Source: Polyangiaceae bacterium
GTDB taxonomy: Bacteria; Myxococcota_A; Polyangia; Polyangiales; Polyangiaceae
Assembly (NCBI GenBank): GCA_035547195.1
Contig: DASZVB010000009.1
Location: 2,122 to 66,121 of the forward strand
DNA: 64,000 bases
Direction of reading: 5' to 3'
In this document: positions 25,078 to 34,988 of the stretch, one piece after another
Numbering within the stretch: position 1 is the stretch's first letter
Layout: each line of letters opens with the position of its first letter
Program-made: the position numbers and the translations under genes
Notes under the pieces: generated by a model
Database searches by the model: none
Told to the model about the DNA's origin: nothing
Seen by the model: the letters and a program-made list of their open reading frames with translations, nothing else

Positions 25078-25617
25078 TCAATTCCCCGGCGCTTGCACCG
25101 TGTACTCGAGCCGCTCCACGGCGAATTGCTGGGCCTTGGCGCGCTCGAGCACCGCCGTCATCGTCGCGGGGGCGAGCGTCGGCGCGCGGCTGAGCACCCA
25201 CAGGTATTCGCGCGACGGATGCCCGATGACGGCGTACTCGTAGTCGGAGCCGACTTCGAGGATCCAGTAATCTCCATAGAAGCCACCGATGTCGAGCGCG
25301 AGCTTCGCCGGCGTCTTCGGATCCGGAACTTTCAGGTTGGCGGTCACCGTCTTCAGCTCACCATCGAGCGCGTGCAAGTGGCACTCGCTGTTCATGTCGA
25401 GCTGGCCGTCTCCGCGCATCCGATAGGTCGCGACGGTGCCCGTGCATTCCACTTCCGTCGGCCTGGGGAGCTTCGCAATCTCGTACCACTTGCCCTGAAA
25501 CCGCGCGAGGTCGACCCCCTTCGCGACGTCCGGCGGCGGCGCGCCGTCGTAGCACCCGGTCAGCGACATCGCAGCGCATACCAAGAAGCGTCCGAGACGC
25601 CGTTCTGCGGAAGCCAT
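25078..25617 (-). CDS. blc: Outer-membrane lipocalin lipoprotein (Blc)
   Basis: MASAERRLGRFLVCAAMSLTGC is a signal peptide plus lipobox. FQGKWYEIAKLP is the lipocalin SCR1 motif. YWILEVGSDYEYAVIGHPSREYLWVLSR is the typical Blc block. The ATG at 25617 is preferred over 25665. Confidence 0.9.
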   Translation of the reverse strand: MASAERRLGRFLVCAAMSLTGCYDGAPPPDVAKGVDLARFQGKWYEIAKLPRPTEVECTGTVATYRMRGDGQLDMNSECHLHALDGELKTVTANLKVPDPKTPAKLALDIGGFYGDYWILEVGSDYEYAVIGHPSREYLWVLSRAPTLAPATMTAVLERAKAQQFAVERLEYTVQAPGN

Positions 25618-25739
25618 GGCTTCCGGCGTGTACCCGAGCGCCTGGGCCCGCATCAAGCGCCGCACGGAACCGTCACACCAACGTTCTAGATGTTACAACG
25701 TCGCGCGTCAGAGGGACGGGGGCGTACACTCGGGTTCTC

Positions 25740-27374
25740 ATGGGTGAAGATTCGAACGATCTCGGAGGCGAGCTCGAGCGGCTACGGCACAAGTGCGATG
25801 CTCTCACGCGGGAGCTGGATGACGCTCGGCACTTTCGAAGAGCGGTCGAGAACTCGCCGCTTCCGACGATGTGTGTGTCGGGGCCGAAGGGCCGGTATCA
25901 GTTCGTCAATGCTGCTTTCGCGCACATGCTCGGGCAGAGCCTTTCCGAAGTGCAGGGGCGAGATCCTTTCCAGGTGTTCGCCGCGTCCGCGCACCCCGAG
26001 GAGTTCGAGCTCGAGCGACAGACCATCGGGCGGGTGGCGCGCGGCGAAATCGATACGTATCGACTGGAGAAGCGCCTGGTCGTCGAAGGTCGGGAGCACG
26101 TGTATCAACTCGACGCCTTCGCTACTCGGGACGCGCAGGGCCGGCTCGAGTTCATAACCGGGTTCTTCACCGACATCGAAGAGCGGCGCGCGCTCGAGAA
26201 GGCGCGGCAACGCCTCGAGAACGAGCTGCTCGAGGCGCAGAAGCTCGGCACCGTCGGCAAGCTCGCCGGCGGCATCGCTCACGACTTCAACAATCGCCTC
26301 ACCATCATCATGGGCCATGCCGAGCTCTTGAAACGTGCATTGCCGCACGACAGCGCGCTGGTCGGCCATGCCGACATGGTGCTCGGGAGCGCCAGGCGCG
26401 CCGCGGACCTCACGCAGCAGCTGCTCGCTTACAGCCGCCGCCAAGTCTTGAATCCGGCGGCGTTCGATTTGAACGAGATGGCGGACCGCATGCGCCGCGT
26501 CCTCGAGACGGCGCTCGGCGAACGCGTCGAGCTATCCACGGTCCTCGAGGCGCGGCGACAAGTCGTCGCCGATCCCGGTCAAATAGAGCAGGTGATCTTG
26601 AACCTGGCGCTCAACGCACGCGACGCCATGACGGAGGGCGGGCGGCTCGTGATCGAGACGCGCGACGTCACCGTTCTGGCCGGGCAACACCCGACGCTCG
26701 GCGCGGGCGACTACGTGGCGCTCGTCGTCTCGGACACCGGCGTCGGGATCTCCGACGAAATAAGGCCGCATATCTTCGAGCCGTTCTTCACGACGAAAGA
26801 GAAGGGACATGGAACGGGTCTCGGGCTCTCCATGGTCGAAGGTATCGTCTCGCAGAGCGGCGGAGCCATCGACGTGCGAAGCACGGTCGGCAAAGGAACG
26901 ACGTTTACGATCCTCTTGCCCAGGGCACACGCAACACAGGCGCCGCCTCGGCCGAAGCCCGAGAGCGCTCCGCCGAAGACGAGCCGTTTCGAGACGGTGC
27001 TCGTCTGCGACGACGAAGCCGACGTGCGCGATCTGCTCGCGCGGGTGCTCGGCCTTCGCGCATATTCCGTCCTGAGCGCGGGGAGCGGGCAGGAAGCGCT
27101 CGACATCGCGCGCCGGCACGACGGCCCCATCCATCTCTTGGTGACCGACGTCGCCATGCCCGGGATGGACGGCACAAAGCTCGCGGATGAGCTCCGCAAA
27201 ATCCATCGGCACGCCGCGGTGCTGTACATCTCCGGCTACACGGAAAACGCAGAGAAGCTATCGGTGCCCCTGGGGCCGAACACGTACTACCTCGCAAAGC
27301 CTTTCGTACCCGGCGATCTCACGAGTCTGGTGTCGTCGATCCTGGAAGAACCTCACGACTCCGAGCGCCCCTGA
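25740..27374 (+). CDS. Hybrid sensor histidine kinase (PAS + HisKA + HATPase_c + REC)
   Basis: H-box GGIAHDFNNRLTIIMGHAELL, N-box NLALNARDAM, G-boxes DTGVGI and GHGTGLGLS. The C-terminal receiver is VLVCDDEADV...LLVTDVAMPGMDG...KP. Confidence 0.9.
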   Translation: MGEDSNDLGGELERLRHKCDALTRELDDARHFRRAVENSPLPTMCVSGPKGRYQFVNAAFAHMLGQSLSEVQGRDPFQVFAASAHPEEFELERQTIGRVARGEIDTYRLEKRLVVEGREHVYQLDAFATRDAQGRLEFITGFFTDIEERRALEKARQRLENELLEAQKLGTVGKLAGGIAHDFNNRLTIIMGHAELLKRALPHDSALVGHADMVLGSARRAADLTQQLLAYSRRQVLNPAAFDLNEMADRMRRVLETALGERVELSTVLEARRQVVADPGQIEQVILNLALNARDAMTEGGRLVIETRDVTVLAGQHPTLGAGDYVALVVSDTGVGISDEIRPHIFEPFFTTKEKGHGTGLGLSMVEGIVSQSGGAIDVRSTVGKGTTFTILLPRAHATQAPPRPKPESAPPKTSRFETVLVCDDEADVRDLLARVLGLRAYSVLSAGSGQEALDIARRHDGPIHLLVTDVAMPGMDGTKLADELRKIHRHAAVLYISGYTENAEKLSVPLGPNTYYLAKPFVPGDLTSLVSSILEEPHDSERP

Positions 27375-27509
27375 GTCCATCGGATGCCGCGCTCGCGTAA
27401 ACGCGGCGTAGCCGAGCCGGTTCCGTGGACGACCGACTTAATGTCGGCGCTGCGTTGCCGCGCTGGCGGAAGCGCACGAATCGGTTCATGGTTGGCGCGG
27501 GAGGTGGCC

Positions 27510-29870
27510 ATGCGGCTTTCCATGGGGCACTGGCATCGTGCGGTTCTCATCCTTTCGATCTCGTCCGCGGCGTGCGGCGGTCCGGACCATCCGAATCCCG
27601 CGGCGCTGAAGGCGAACGGCGGGTCGCCATCAGGGGGCACGACGCCGAACGGTGGTGCGGCTTCCGAAAGCACGGCAGGAGGCAACGGCGGGACTAGCGC
27701 TTCTGGCGGAGTCACGAACAATTCCGGCGGAGCTGCCGCCGCGAGCAGTGGCAGCCTGCCTTCGGGGATCGACCTGCAAGGCCCCGTGGATACTCAAGAC
27801 TACGCCGCTCTGAAGGCGCGCGCCGACGCCGCGTCGTCGCTCGACGCGAACGGCGTGGCCGCGACGTACGCGACGTCGTTCGCCGCGCTCGACTACGATC
27901 CGACGAAAGCGGAGTTTCTCGACCGCATTCAGCAGTCGGCGCTCGCGCTTTCGGACGGCGAGCAAGCCGCGCTCGGCAAGAACGGCTTCGTCATCTCCAC
28001 GGCCCGTGAGTTCCCCACGTTCGTGAACGGGTACGCCGAGATCTACTCGGAACATCTTCCAGTCTACGTCTCGGCCGATGCGGTGCTCGAGTCCGTGCAC
28101 AGCTCGTACGACACGTTGCTGATGGAGATGGAGCAATCGACGCTCATCGACGACGTGACGGCCCTGCTCAGAGACATGCGCACGCGCTTGCCCGCGTCGT
28201 CGGCGTCGAGCTCGGTCCGGGCGGATCTGGACGTCTACCTGGCCGTCGCGCAGAGCCTGATGCAAGGCTCGGTCGTCGACCCCGTCGCGGGCGGCGACGC
28301 TTCGACGATCGCGTCGCTCGTCTCGCAGGCGACCGACGCGACCGGCATCGGCAACATCGAGCTCTTCGGCGATACGCGCATGGAAGATTTCTCGGAGTTC
28401 GCTCCGCGCGGGCATTACACGGGAGCTTCGGACCTTTCGCAGTACTTCCGCGCCATGATATGGCTCGGACGCGTCGATTTCCGCCTGGTCGAGACGAATC
28501 CGGACGGGAGCCAGACGTTCCATCGCGAACAGTACGAAGCGATGCTCGCCGTGCGCGATCTCGTCGGGCCGAGCCTCGATCGATGGCAGCAGGTGGACGA
28601 CGTCCTTTCGACGTTCGTGGGCAAGAGCGACAACATGGTCGTGCCGCAGATCGACCAGCTCGTCGCCGATCTGGGCGGCGAGAGCGCGGCGCTCGCGGCG
28701 TCCGACGACGCGGTGAACGCCGCTCTCGTCAAGGGCGGCTACGGACAGCAGAACATCGCCAGCTATCTGATGCTGAACGACGGCACGACGAAGACGCTGC
28801 CGCTCAACCGGTCCTTTCTGATCTTCGGACAGCGCTACATCGTCGACTCGGACGTCTTCAGCGCGGTCGTGTACGACCGCGTGCAGGGGCGCCTGATGCC
28901 GAACCCGCTCGACGCCGCGTTCGCCGCCCTGGGCAACGACCAAGCTTACGCCCTCGATCCCGACGTCGCCACCGTCCGGGAGCTCCCCGGCGCGCTCGCC
29001 CGCGTCCGCGCTCTGATCGACGCGAACGGTCCATCGTTCTGGCAATCGAGTTTCTACAATCTCTGGCTCGCGTCCTTGCGCGCGCTCTCACCCACGTCCG
29101 ACCCGGCGAGCGCGACCGGCCTACCCAAGGTAGCTCGGACGGAACCCTGGGGGCGGCGCTTGCTCGACACCCAGCTCGGCTCGTGGGCGGAGCTTCGACA
29201 CGACACGCTGCTCTACGCGAAGCAGTCGTACACCGGCATTCCCGGTTGCGACTTCCCCGACGCCTATGTCGACCCGTATCCAGAGTTCTTCGCGTCCATT
29301 CGCGCGTACGCCGAACAGGGCGCGCGCATCACGGCGCTGGTGCCGACCACCTACGGAACGCTCGCCCAGAACATGAGCACGTATTTCGACACGCTTCGCA
29401 GCGCGGCCGACGTCCTCGCGCAGATCGCGACGGCGGAGCGAAAAGGAGACGCGTTGACCATGGACCAGCTCGCCTTCATCAACGACGCCGTGAGGATCGA
29501 GAACCAGAGCGTCGGGTGCACGAGCATCCTCGTTCCCGACGGGTGGCTCGCGAAGCTCTTCTTCGACCCGCAGAAGTCCATCGTGTTCGATCCCACGATC
29601 GCCGACGTGCACACCCAGGCAGCCGACGAAGGCGGCAACATCGTGGGCAAGATCCTCCACATCGGGACCGGCTATCCACGACTGATGGTGGCGACGGTGG
29701 ACTCCTGCGGCGGCGGCCCGCGCGCTTACGCCGGAGTCGTCTTCGCGTACCACGAACAAATCACGACGAATTTCGACCGACTCACCGACGAGCGCTGGGC
29801 GCAGCAATTCGGCTCCGGAGGCACGCGTCCCGCCGACGTCCCGTGGCTTCTGCCGGTGCTCGCCCATTGA
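27510..29870 (+). CDS. Large lipoprotein, DUF3160-like
   Basis: The ATG at 27510 gives MRLSMGHWHRAVLILSISSAACGG (lipobox). 786 aa. The blocks FAPRGHYT and LGSWAELRHDTLLYAKQSYT match my recollection of DUF3160. Function unknown. Confidence 0.75.
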   Translation: MRLSMGHWHRAVLILSISSAACGGPDHPNPAALKANGGSPSGGTTPNGGAASESTAGGNGGTSASGGVTNNSGGAAAASSGSLPSGIDLQGPVDTQDYAALKARADAASSLDANGVAATYATSFAALDYDPTKAEFLDRIQQSALALSDGEQAALGKNGFVISTAREFPTFVNGYAEIYSEHLPVYVSADAVLESVHSSYDTLLMEMEQSTLIDDVTALLRDMRTRLPASSASSSVRADLDVYLAVAQSLMQGSVVDPVAGGDASTIASLVSQATDATGIGNIELFGDTRMEDFSEFAPRGHYTGASDLSQYFRAMIWLGRVDFRLVETNPDGSQTFHREQYEAMLAVRDLVGPSLDRWQQVDDVLSTFVGKSDNMVVPQIDQLVADLGGESAALAASDDAVNAALVKGGYGQQNIASYLMLNDGTTKTLPLNRSFLIFGQRYIVDSDVFSAVVYDRVQGRLMPNPLDAAFAALGNDQAYALDPDVATVRELPGALARVRALIDANGPSFWQSSFYNLWLASLRALSPTSDPASATGLPKVARTEPWGRRLLDTQLGSWAELRHDTLLYAKQSYTGIPGCDFPDAYVDPYPEFFASIRAYAEQGARITALVPTTYGTLAQNMSTYFDTLRSAADVLAQIATAERKGDALTMDQLAFINDAVRIENQSVGCTSILVPDGWLAKLFFDPQKSIVFDPTIADVHTQAADEGGNIVGKILHIGTGYPRLMVATVDSCGGGPRAYAGVVFAYHEQITTNFDRLTDERWAQQFGSGGTRPADVPWLLPVLAH

Positions 29871-31813
29871 ACGGACCGCCGCGTAAAGACTCGCCGCCTC
29901 TCTCGTCCTTACAAGAGCGATTCCGGAAGGTCTCGCGGTTCGCGTCGATGTTCGTCGTCGCGCTGGGGGCCGCCGTCCTCTTCGGTTGGGCCACGGACAT
30001 CGACGCGCTACTCCGAGTTCATCCGTCGTTCCACGCGATGAACGCAAACTCGGCGGTCCTCTTCGTCCTGCTCGGGATCGGCCTCTCGACCCTGCACCGG
30101 GGGGATCGAGTCGGCCTGCGGCGCGCGCTCGCGCTCGGCGTCGTCACGGTCGCGACGGCGACCGCCGTCGAGTACGCCTTCCGCGTCGATCTCGGGATCG
30201 ACCAAATACTCTTCGACGACGCGGACATCGGGACCGTCGCTCCGGGGAGGATGTCTCCCGCGACGACGCTCGACTTCATGCTCCTCGGCGTCGCCCTGTT
30301 CTATTGGAAGAGCGACGCCGAGAGCCCGCGGTTCGCGCGCTCCGCCGTCGTTCTTGCGCTGCTCGTCGCCTTCGTCGCGCTCACCGGGTACGTGTTCGGA
30401 GCGGTTTCGCTGTACAGCCTGGTGCCATTTTCCTCGACCGCGCTGCACTCGGTGTTCGGATTCATCGCGGCGTGCACCGCCTTCTTCACCGCGGACCCCA
30501 GGCGTGGCTTCGCGTCCATCGCGGCGGCGGAGACGCCTGCGGGGATCCTCGTCCGCAGGCTCTTGCCGGCGCTCGTCCTCGGCCCCATCGTGCTCGGCTG
30601 GCTGCGCCTGACCGGCGAGCAGCACGGTCTGCACGACGACAAGTTCGGGATGGCCATCCTCACCGTGGGCGACGTGGTGCTCCTGAGCACGATGCTCTTC
30701 TTGGTCGCCGCGCGGCTCCACGGCTCGGACGAAGCGCTTCGCACGAACGAAGAGCGGTTTCGCATGATGGTGGATGCCATCCGCGACTACGCCATCTTCA
30801 TGCTGGACGTCGACGGGCGCGTGGCGAACTGGAACGCGGGCGCGGAGCGGCTGCTCGAATTCGAGCCGGCCGAGGTGATCGGCCGCCATCACTCGATGTT
30901 CCACGTCCCGCTGGAAGGGCGCGAGACGAGCGCATCGAACGACCTCGAGGTCGCCTCGCGCGAGGGGCGTTTCGAGGATGAGGGCTTCCGTGTCCGGCGA
31001 GGCGGCGGGCGGTTCTTCGCGAGCGTCGTCATCACGCCGATCCGCGCGAGCGACGGCGCGCTGATGGGCTTCGCCATGGTGATCGCCGACCTGACGGAGA
31101 GAAAGCGGGCGGAGTCCGAACACCAGGAGCTCATGGAGCAGAGAAAGACCACCGAGCTTCTCCGCGAGCTTCGAGCAAAACAAGCTTCTCTGAGCGACAG
31201 CCTGAAGGAGCGCGAGGTCCTCCTTCAAGAGGTGCATCACCGGGTGAAGAACAACCTTCAGATCATCTCGAGCCTCGTCAACATGCAGCGGCGGCAGCTT
31301 CACGACGATGCCGCTCGCGACGCGCTCGCCGAATGCAAAGCTCGCGTCGAAGCGATCGCGTTGATTCACGAAGAGCTCTATCAGACCAAGGATTTCGCCA
31401 GCGTCCGCTTGGCTCAATACGTGAACCGCCTGGCCCACAACGTCTTTCAGACGGCGGAGGTGTCGAGCCCCGGGCTTTCGCTGGAGGTCGCGCTCGACGA
31501 AGTCGCGCTGCCGGTCGGACGAGCCATCCCCTGCGGGCTCGTCTTGAACGAGCTCATCACCAACGCGCTGAAGCACGCATTTCCGGAGCGTAAACACGGC
31601 GTAGTCAGGGTCGAGCTCCGCAGAGCCGGCGCCGAGCTCGTCCTCTCGGTGGCCGACGACGGCGTGGGCATCCCGGAGGCATTCGATCCGGGAACTTCCG
31701 CTTCCCTCGGAATGCAACTCGTGGGCATGCTGAGCAAACAGCTCGGGGGCCGATTCGACATCGTGCGTGGGCAGGGCACGCTGCTTCGCCTGACGTTTCC
31801 AGCCGAGGAATGA
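29867..31813 (+). CDS. Membrane sensor histidine kinase, HisKA_2/HWE-like (multi-TM + PAS + kinase)
   Basis: About 6 TM helices (MFVVALGAAVLFGW...), then a PAS domain. The H-box is LLQEVHHRVKNNLQIISSLVNMQ; the ATPase motifs are LNELITNALKHAF and VADDGVGIP. The start is either the TTG at 29867 (TTGA overlap with the previous stop) or the ATG at 29948. Confidence 0.85.
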   Translation: MNGPPRKDSPPLSSLQERFRKVSRFASMFVVALGAAVLFGWATDIDALLRVHPSFHAMNANSAVLFVLLGIGLSTLHRGDRVGLRRALALGVVTVATATAVEYAFRVDLGIDQILFDDADIGTVAPGRMSPATTLDFMLLGVALFYWKSDAESPRFARSAVVLALLVAFVALTGYVFGAVSLYSLVPFSSTALHSVFGFIAACTAFFTADPRRGFASIAAAETPAGILVRRLLPALVLGPIVLGWLRLTGEQHGLHDDKFGMAILTVGDVVLLSTMLFLVAARLHGSDEALRTNEERFRMMVDAIRDYAIFMLDVDGRVANWNAGAERLLEFEPAEVIGRHHSMFHVPLEGRETSASNDLEVASREGRFEDEGFRVRRGGGRFFASVVITPIRASDGALMGFAMVIADLTERKRAESEHQELMEQRKTTELLRELRAKQASLSDSLKEREVLLQEVHHRVKNNLQIISSLVNMQRRQLHDDAARDALAECKARVEAIALIHEELYQTKDFASVRLAQYVNRLAHNVFQTAEVSSPGLSLEVALDEVALPVGRAIPCGLVLNELITNALKHAFPERKHGVVRVELRRAGAELVLSVADDGVGIPEAFDPGTSASLGMQLVGMLSKQLGGRFDIVRGQGTLLRLTFPAEE

Positions 31814-33762
31814 AGATGGACTCGACGACGGCGCCTTCGGTTCTCATCGTGGAAGACGAGCGCATCGTCGCGAAAGATCTGGAGGATACGCTGGCCGAGC
31901 TCGGCTACTCGACGTCGGCGATAGCGTCCTCCGCGGACGAAGCCGTCGCGGAAGCGTCGAAGCGCTGCCCCGACGTCGTCTTGATGGATATCCGGATCAA
32001 GGGCGAGCAGGACGGCGTGGAGACCGCCGAGCTCCTTCGACGAAGGTTCGACGTTCCGGTCGTCTACATGACCGCGCACGCCGACGAGGCCACCCTACAG
32101 CGCGCGAAGAAGACGGAGCCGTACGCCTACCTGGTGAAGCCGGTCAAATCCAACGCGCTGCGGAGCGCCATCGAGATCGCGCTCTACCGACACCGGCTGG
32201 AGAGACGGCTGCGCGAACGGGAGCGTTGGTTTTCCACCATCGTCAGGTCCATCGCCGACGCCATCGTCGCCGTGGATCTGGCGGGGAACATCACGTTGCT
32301 GAACCCCGCGGCGGAGCTCTTGCTCGGCAAGAAACTCGAGGACGTCGCGGGCCTGCCGGCTCGCGAGGTACTTCAGTGGCTTCCAGCGCGAGGAGGCGAC
32401 GGCGATGATCCACCGCTCTACCGAGCTCTCAGAGAGCGAAAGCAGGTCCACCTTGCGGAAGGCACCTTGATCGGCCCGGACAGCACGCCGCGCATCGTCA
32501 GCGACAGCGCCGCGCCGGTGCTGGACGAGGAACATCTGCTCGGCGCAGTGATGGTGTTCCGTGACGTGACGGAGCAGAAACGGCTGCAAAACCAGCTCGA
32601 GCTGTCCGATCGCCTGGCATCGCTCGGGACGATGGCCGCCGGAGTCGCGCACGAGATCAACAATCCCCTCGCGGTGGTGATGGCCAACGCTTCGTTGCTG
32701 CTCGAGGAGCGCGGGGTCTCCCCCGTCCCCCGCGACGCGGCCCACGCCGGCGACGGCGCCGTCGCCGTTCCGCGCGGCGACCAAGAGCTCGAAGCGCTCA
32801 CGGAGATCAGCACCGCCGCCGGACGCATCGCCAACATCGTCCGCGATTTGATGACCTTCGCTCGACCGACGCAGCGAACCGCCGGCAACGCGGACGTGCG
32901 TCGAGCCGTCGCCTGGGCGGTGCGCACGACGTCTCACGAGTTTCGACACCGCGCTCCCGTGCGCGCGGACGTCGGCGACGTGCCGCCGGTGGCGATCGAC
33001 GAAGTCCGGTTGGGTCAGGTGCTCGTCAATTTGCTGGTCAACGCGGCTCAGGCGATCGCGCCGGGAGATGTGGCGAACAACGAGGTCTCCATTCGTGCGC
33101 GCGCCGAAGGCGAAGACCGCGTCGTCATCGAGGTACGCGATTCGGGCGCGGGCATGCCGAAGGAGATCGCGAAACGCGTCTTCGAGCCGTTCTTCACGAC
33201 GAAGCCCGTCGGCGTCGGGACCGGCGTGGGGCTGTCGATCTCCCGGGGGATGGTGCGCTCGGCCGGCGGCGACATCGACGTGGAGAGCGCCGTCGGCCGG
33301 GGGACCACCTTCCGGATTGCCCTGCCTCGCGCGACCTTCGAGAAGCCCGTCGCCGCGGCCGCGGCCGCGCCGGCCGCCGCGCCGCGGCGCGGTCGCATCC
33401 TCGTCGTCGACGACGAGGACATCGTCCTCAGAACCCTTCAGCGAATCCTCGCGGACCACGACGTCGTGTGCGCGAACAGCGTCCGCGCGGCGACGCGCTT
33501 GATCGAACGCGGCGAACGGTTCGATCTCGTCTTATCGGACGTCATGATGCCCGACGCGACAGGGATCGCGCTCTACGAGTGGCTCCTCGCGCGCGATCCC
33601 GACCTCGCCGCGAGGGTCCTGTTCATGACCGGCGGCGCGGTGACGCCCACGGTGGACGCCTTCCTGGGCTCGATCGAAAACCCTCACATCGAGAAACCCT
33701 TCTCCGTCGAACAGCTGCGGAGCGAAGTCCGAAAGTTCCTCGAACGCCTTCAGAAGCCATAG
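31810..33762 (+). CDS. Hybrid histidine kinase with two receivers (REC + PAS + HisKA + HATPase_c + REC)
   Basis: The ATG at 31810 overlaps the previous stop (ATGA). The N-terminal receiver is VLIVEDERIVAKDL...VLMDIRIKG...KP. H-box AAGVAHEINNPLAVV. DSGAGMP and GVGTGVGLS are ATPase motifs. The C-terminal receiver is ILVVDDEDIV...LVLSDVMMPDATG...KP. Confidence 0.9.
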   Translation: MKMDSTTAPSVLIVEDERIVAKDLEDTLAELGYSTSAIASSADEAVAEASKRCPDVVLMDIRIKGEQDGVETAELLRRRFDVPVVYMTAHADEATLQRAKKTEPYAYLVKPVKSNALRSAIEIALYRHRLERRLRERERWFSTIVRSIADAIVAVDLAGNITLLNPAAELLLGKKLEDVAGLPAREVLQWLPARGGDGDDPPLYRALRERKQVHLAEGTLIGPDSTPRIVSDSAAPVLDEEHLLGAVMVFRDVTEQKRLQNQLELSDRLASLGTMAAGVAHEINNPLAVVMANASLLLEERGVSPVPRDAAHAGDGAVAVPRGDQELEALTEISTAAGRIANIVRDLMTFARPTQRTAGNADVRRAVAWAVRTTSHEFRHRAPVRADVGDVPPVAIDEVRLGQVLVNLLVNAAQAIAPGDVANNEVSIRARAEGEDRVVIEVRDSGAGMPKEIAKRVFEPFFTTKPVGVGTGVGLSISRGMVRSAGGDIDVESAVGRGTTFRIALPRATFEKPVAAAAAAPAAAPRRGRILVVDDEDIVLRTLQRILADHDVVCANSVRAATRLIERGERFDLVLSDVMMPDATGIALYEWLLARDPDLAARVLFMTGGAVTPTVDAFLGSIENPHIEKPFSVEQLRSEVRKFLERLQKP

Positions 33763-33769
33763 CTCGCCT

Positions 33770-34837
33770 TCAGAACCGCGCCGCCAGGAACGCGAGCAAT
33801 CGCAGGCGCACGCTGAGGAACGAAAAGTCGGAGTCGGGGATCCGTTCGTTCGTCTGGTCGCCGTCGAGGGTGGGATCGTCGGCGTAGTAGCGCTGTTGCA
33901 AGGTCCCGTTGAACGACCCAACGACCTGCAATTGCGCGTCGAGGCCCGCCAAGAAGTGTAAGCCCGGGAAACCCCCGAGCCCGAACGCCGGTTGTAGCTT
34001 GATGCCCGCGCCCCCACCGAACGCGTCGGCGTGCGCGAGCTTGTTGCGGAGAACGTGATCGTCCTCGTGTGAAGACCACGACGCGATCAACCGCGCCTCG
34101 CCGCTGAACAGGAATGCGTCGCTCTTTCCGAGGTTCAGTCCGACTCCGATGAACGGTTGCCGGTAGCGAACCTCGTAGTGCAGCGCGTGCGGGGACCCCG
34201 GGATCGAGGAATAGACTTTGTCGTCGTTCGAGTCGAGCTGCCACCCCGACGCGCCGTAAGCGTCGTACGTGCTCGATTCGAAACGGAACCCGGCGACGAC
34301 GTGGAGCGCGGTCGTCTTTCCGATGCCGGGCTTTCCGATGCGATAGCGCACAGCGCCCTCGACGTCGAACGTGCGAAGCGTCGTCGGGGAGTTGGTGTGA
34401 CTGAACTCGACTGTCTCCGAATGAGCACCGTCGCTCGCGCTGACGAAATCCTGATCGAGCAGCGTGCCCCAGGGATCGCCGATGTTCGTCAGGAACGTGC
34501 CGCTGAAGCCGAGGGCATCCAGGCCGAAGAAGACGGTGCCGCCTCCGAGCGCGCCGCTGACGGGATAGCTCAGCTTGCTCTCTACGTTAACGTCCAGCGA
34601 AAGCGAATTCGGGACGTCCGCGTGAAACTCGTACGTCTCGCTTCCGGTCTGCACGCCGATCTCCGGAGCGACGGTGAGCATCCACGAGGTCGCGCGAGGG
34701 CTCCACGGCGCGAAGTAGAGGCCCGAAGGCAGCGACGGCGACCCCTCTTCGACTTGAGCGCCGGCCGGAGCCTCCCCAAGGACGACGAGGACCCCACAAA
34801 AACCGAGACCGGTGAGCCAGCGCTCGCAAATACCCAT
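33770..34837 (-). CDS. Omptin-like outer-membrane beta-barrel protease
   Basis: 355 aa with a signal peptide; it ends ...LAFLAARF. By-eye alignment to E. coli OmpT: LLDQDF vs MVDQDW (Asp-x-Asp pair, 34448-34456); AGFRFESSTY vs AGYQESRYSF; YRQPFIGVGL vs FKMPYIGLTG; SWSSHEDDHV vs VESSDNDEHY (Asp-x-His, 34055-34063). Confidence 0.65.
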   Translation of the reverse strand: MGICERWLTGLGFCGVLVVLGEAPAGAQVEEGSPSLPSGLYFAPWSPRATSWMLTVAPEIGVQTGSETYEFHADVPNSLSLDVNVESKLSYPVSGALGGGTVFFGLDALGFSGTFLTNIGDPWGTLLDQDFVSASDGAHSETVEFSHTNSPTTLRTFDVEGAVRYRIGKPGIGKTTALHVVAGFRFESSTYDAYGASGWQLDSNDDKVYSSIPGSPHALHYEVRYRQPFIGVGLNLGKSDAFLFSGEARLIASWSSHEDDHVLRNKLAHADAFGGGAGIKLQPAFGLGGFPGLHFLAGLDAQLQVVGSFNGTLQQRYYADDPTLDGDQTNERIPDSDFSFLSVRLRLLAFLAARF

Positions 34838-34988
34838 ACTGCGTGTCCACGAACATACCTCGAAGCCGGATCCGCGGACGCGCCATTCGTGACCGGCACG
34901 AAGTTCCCTACATCATCCGCGGGCAAGGTCCTGTAAAGCGAGCCCGGCGCCGGCACCACCTCGCGTGGTCTACCTGCCCCGCCTGTCG

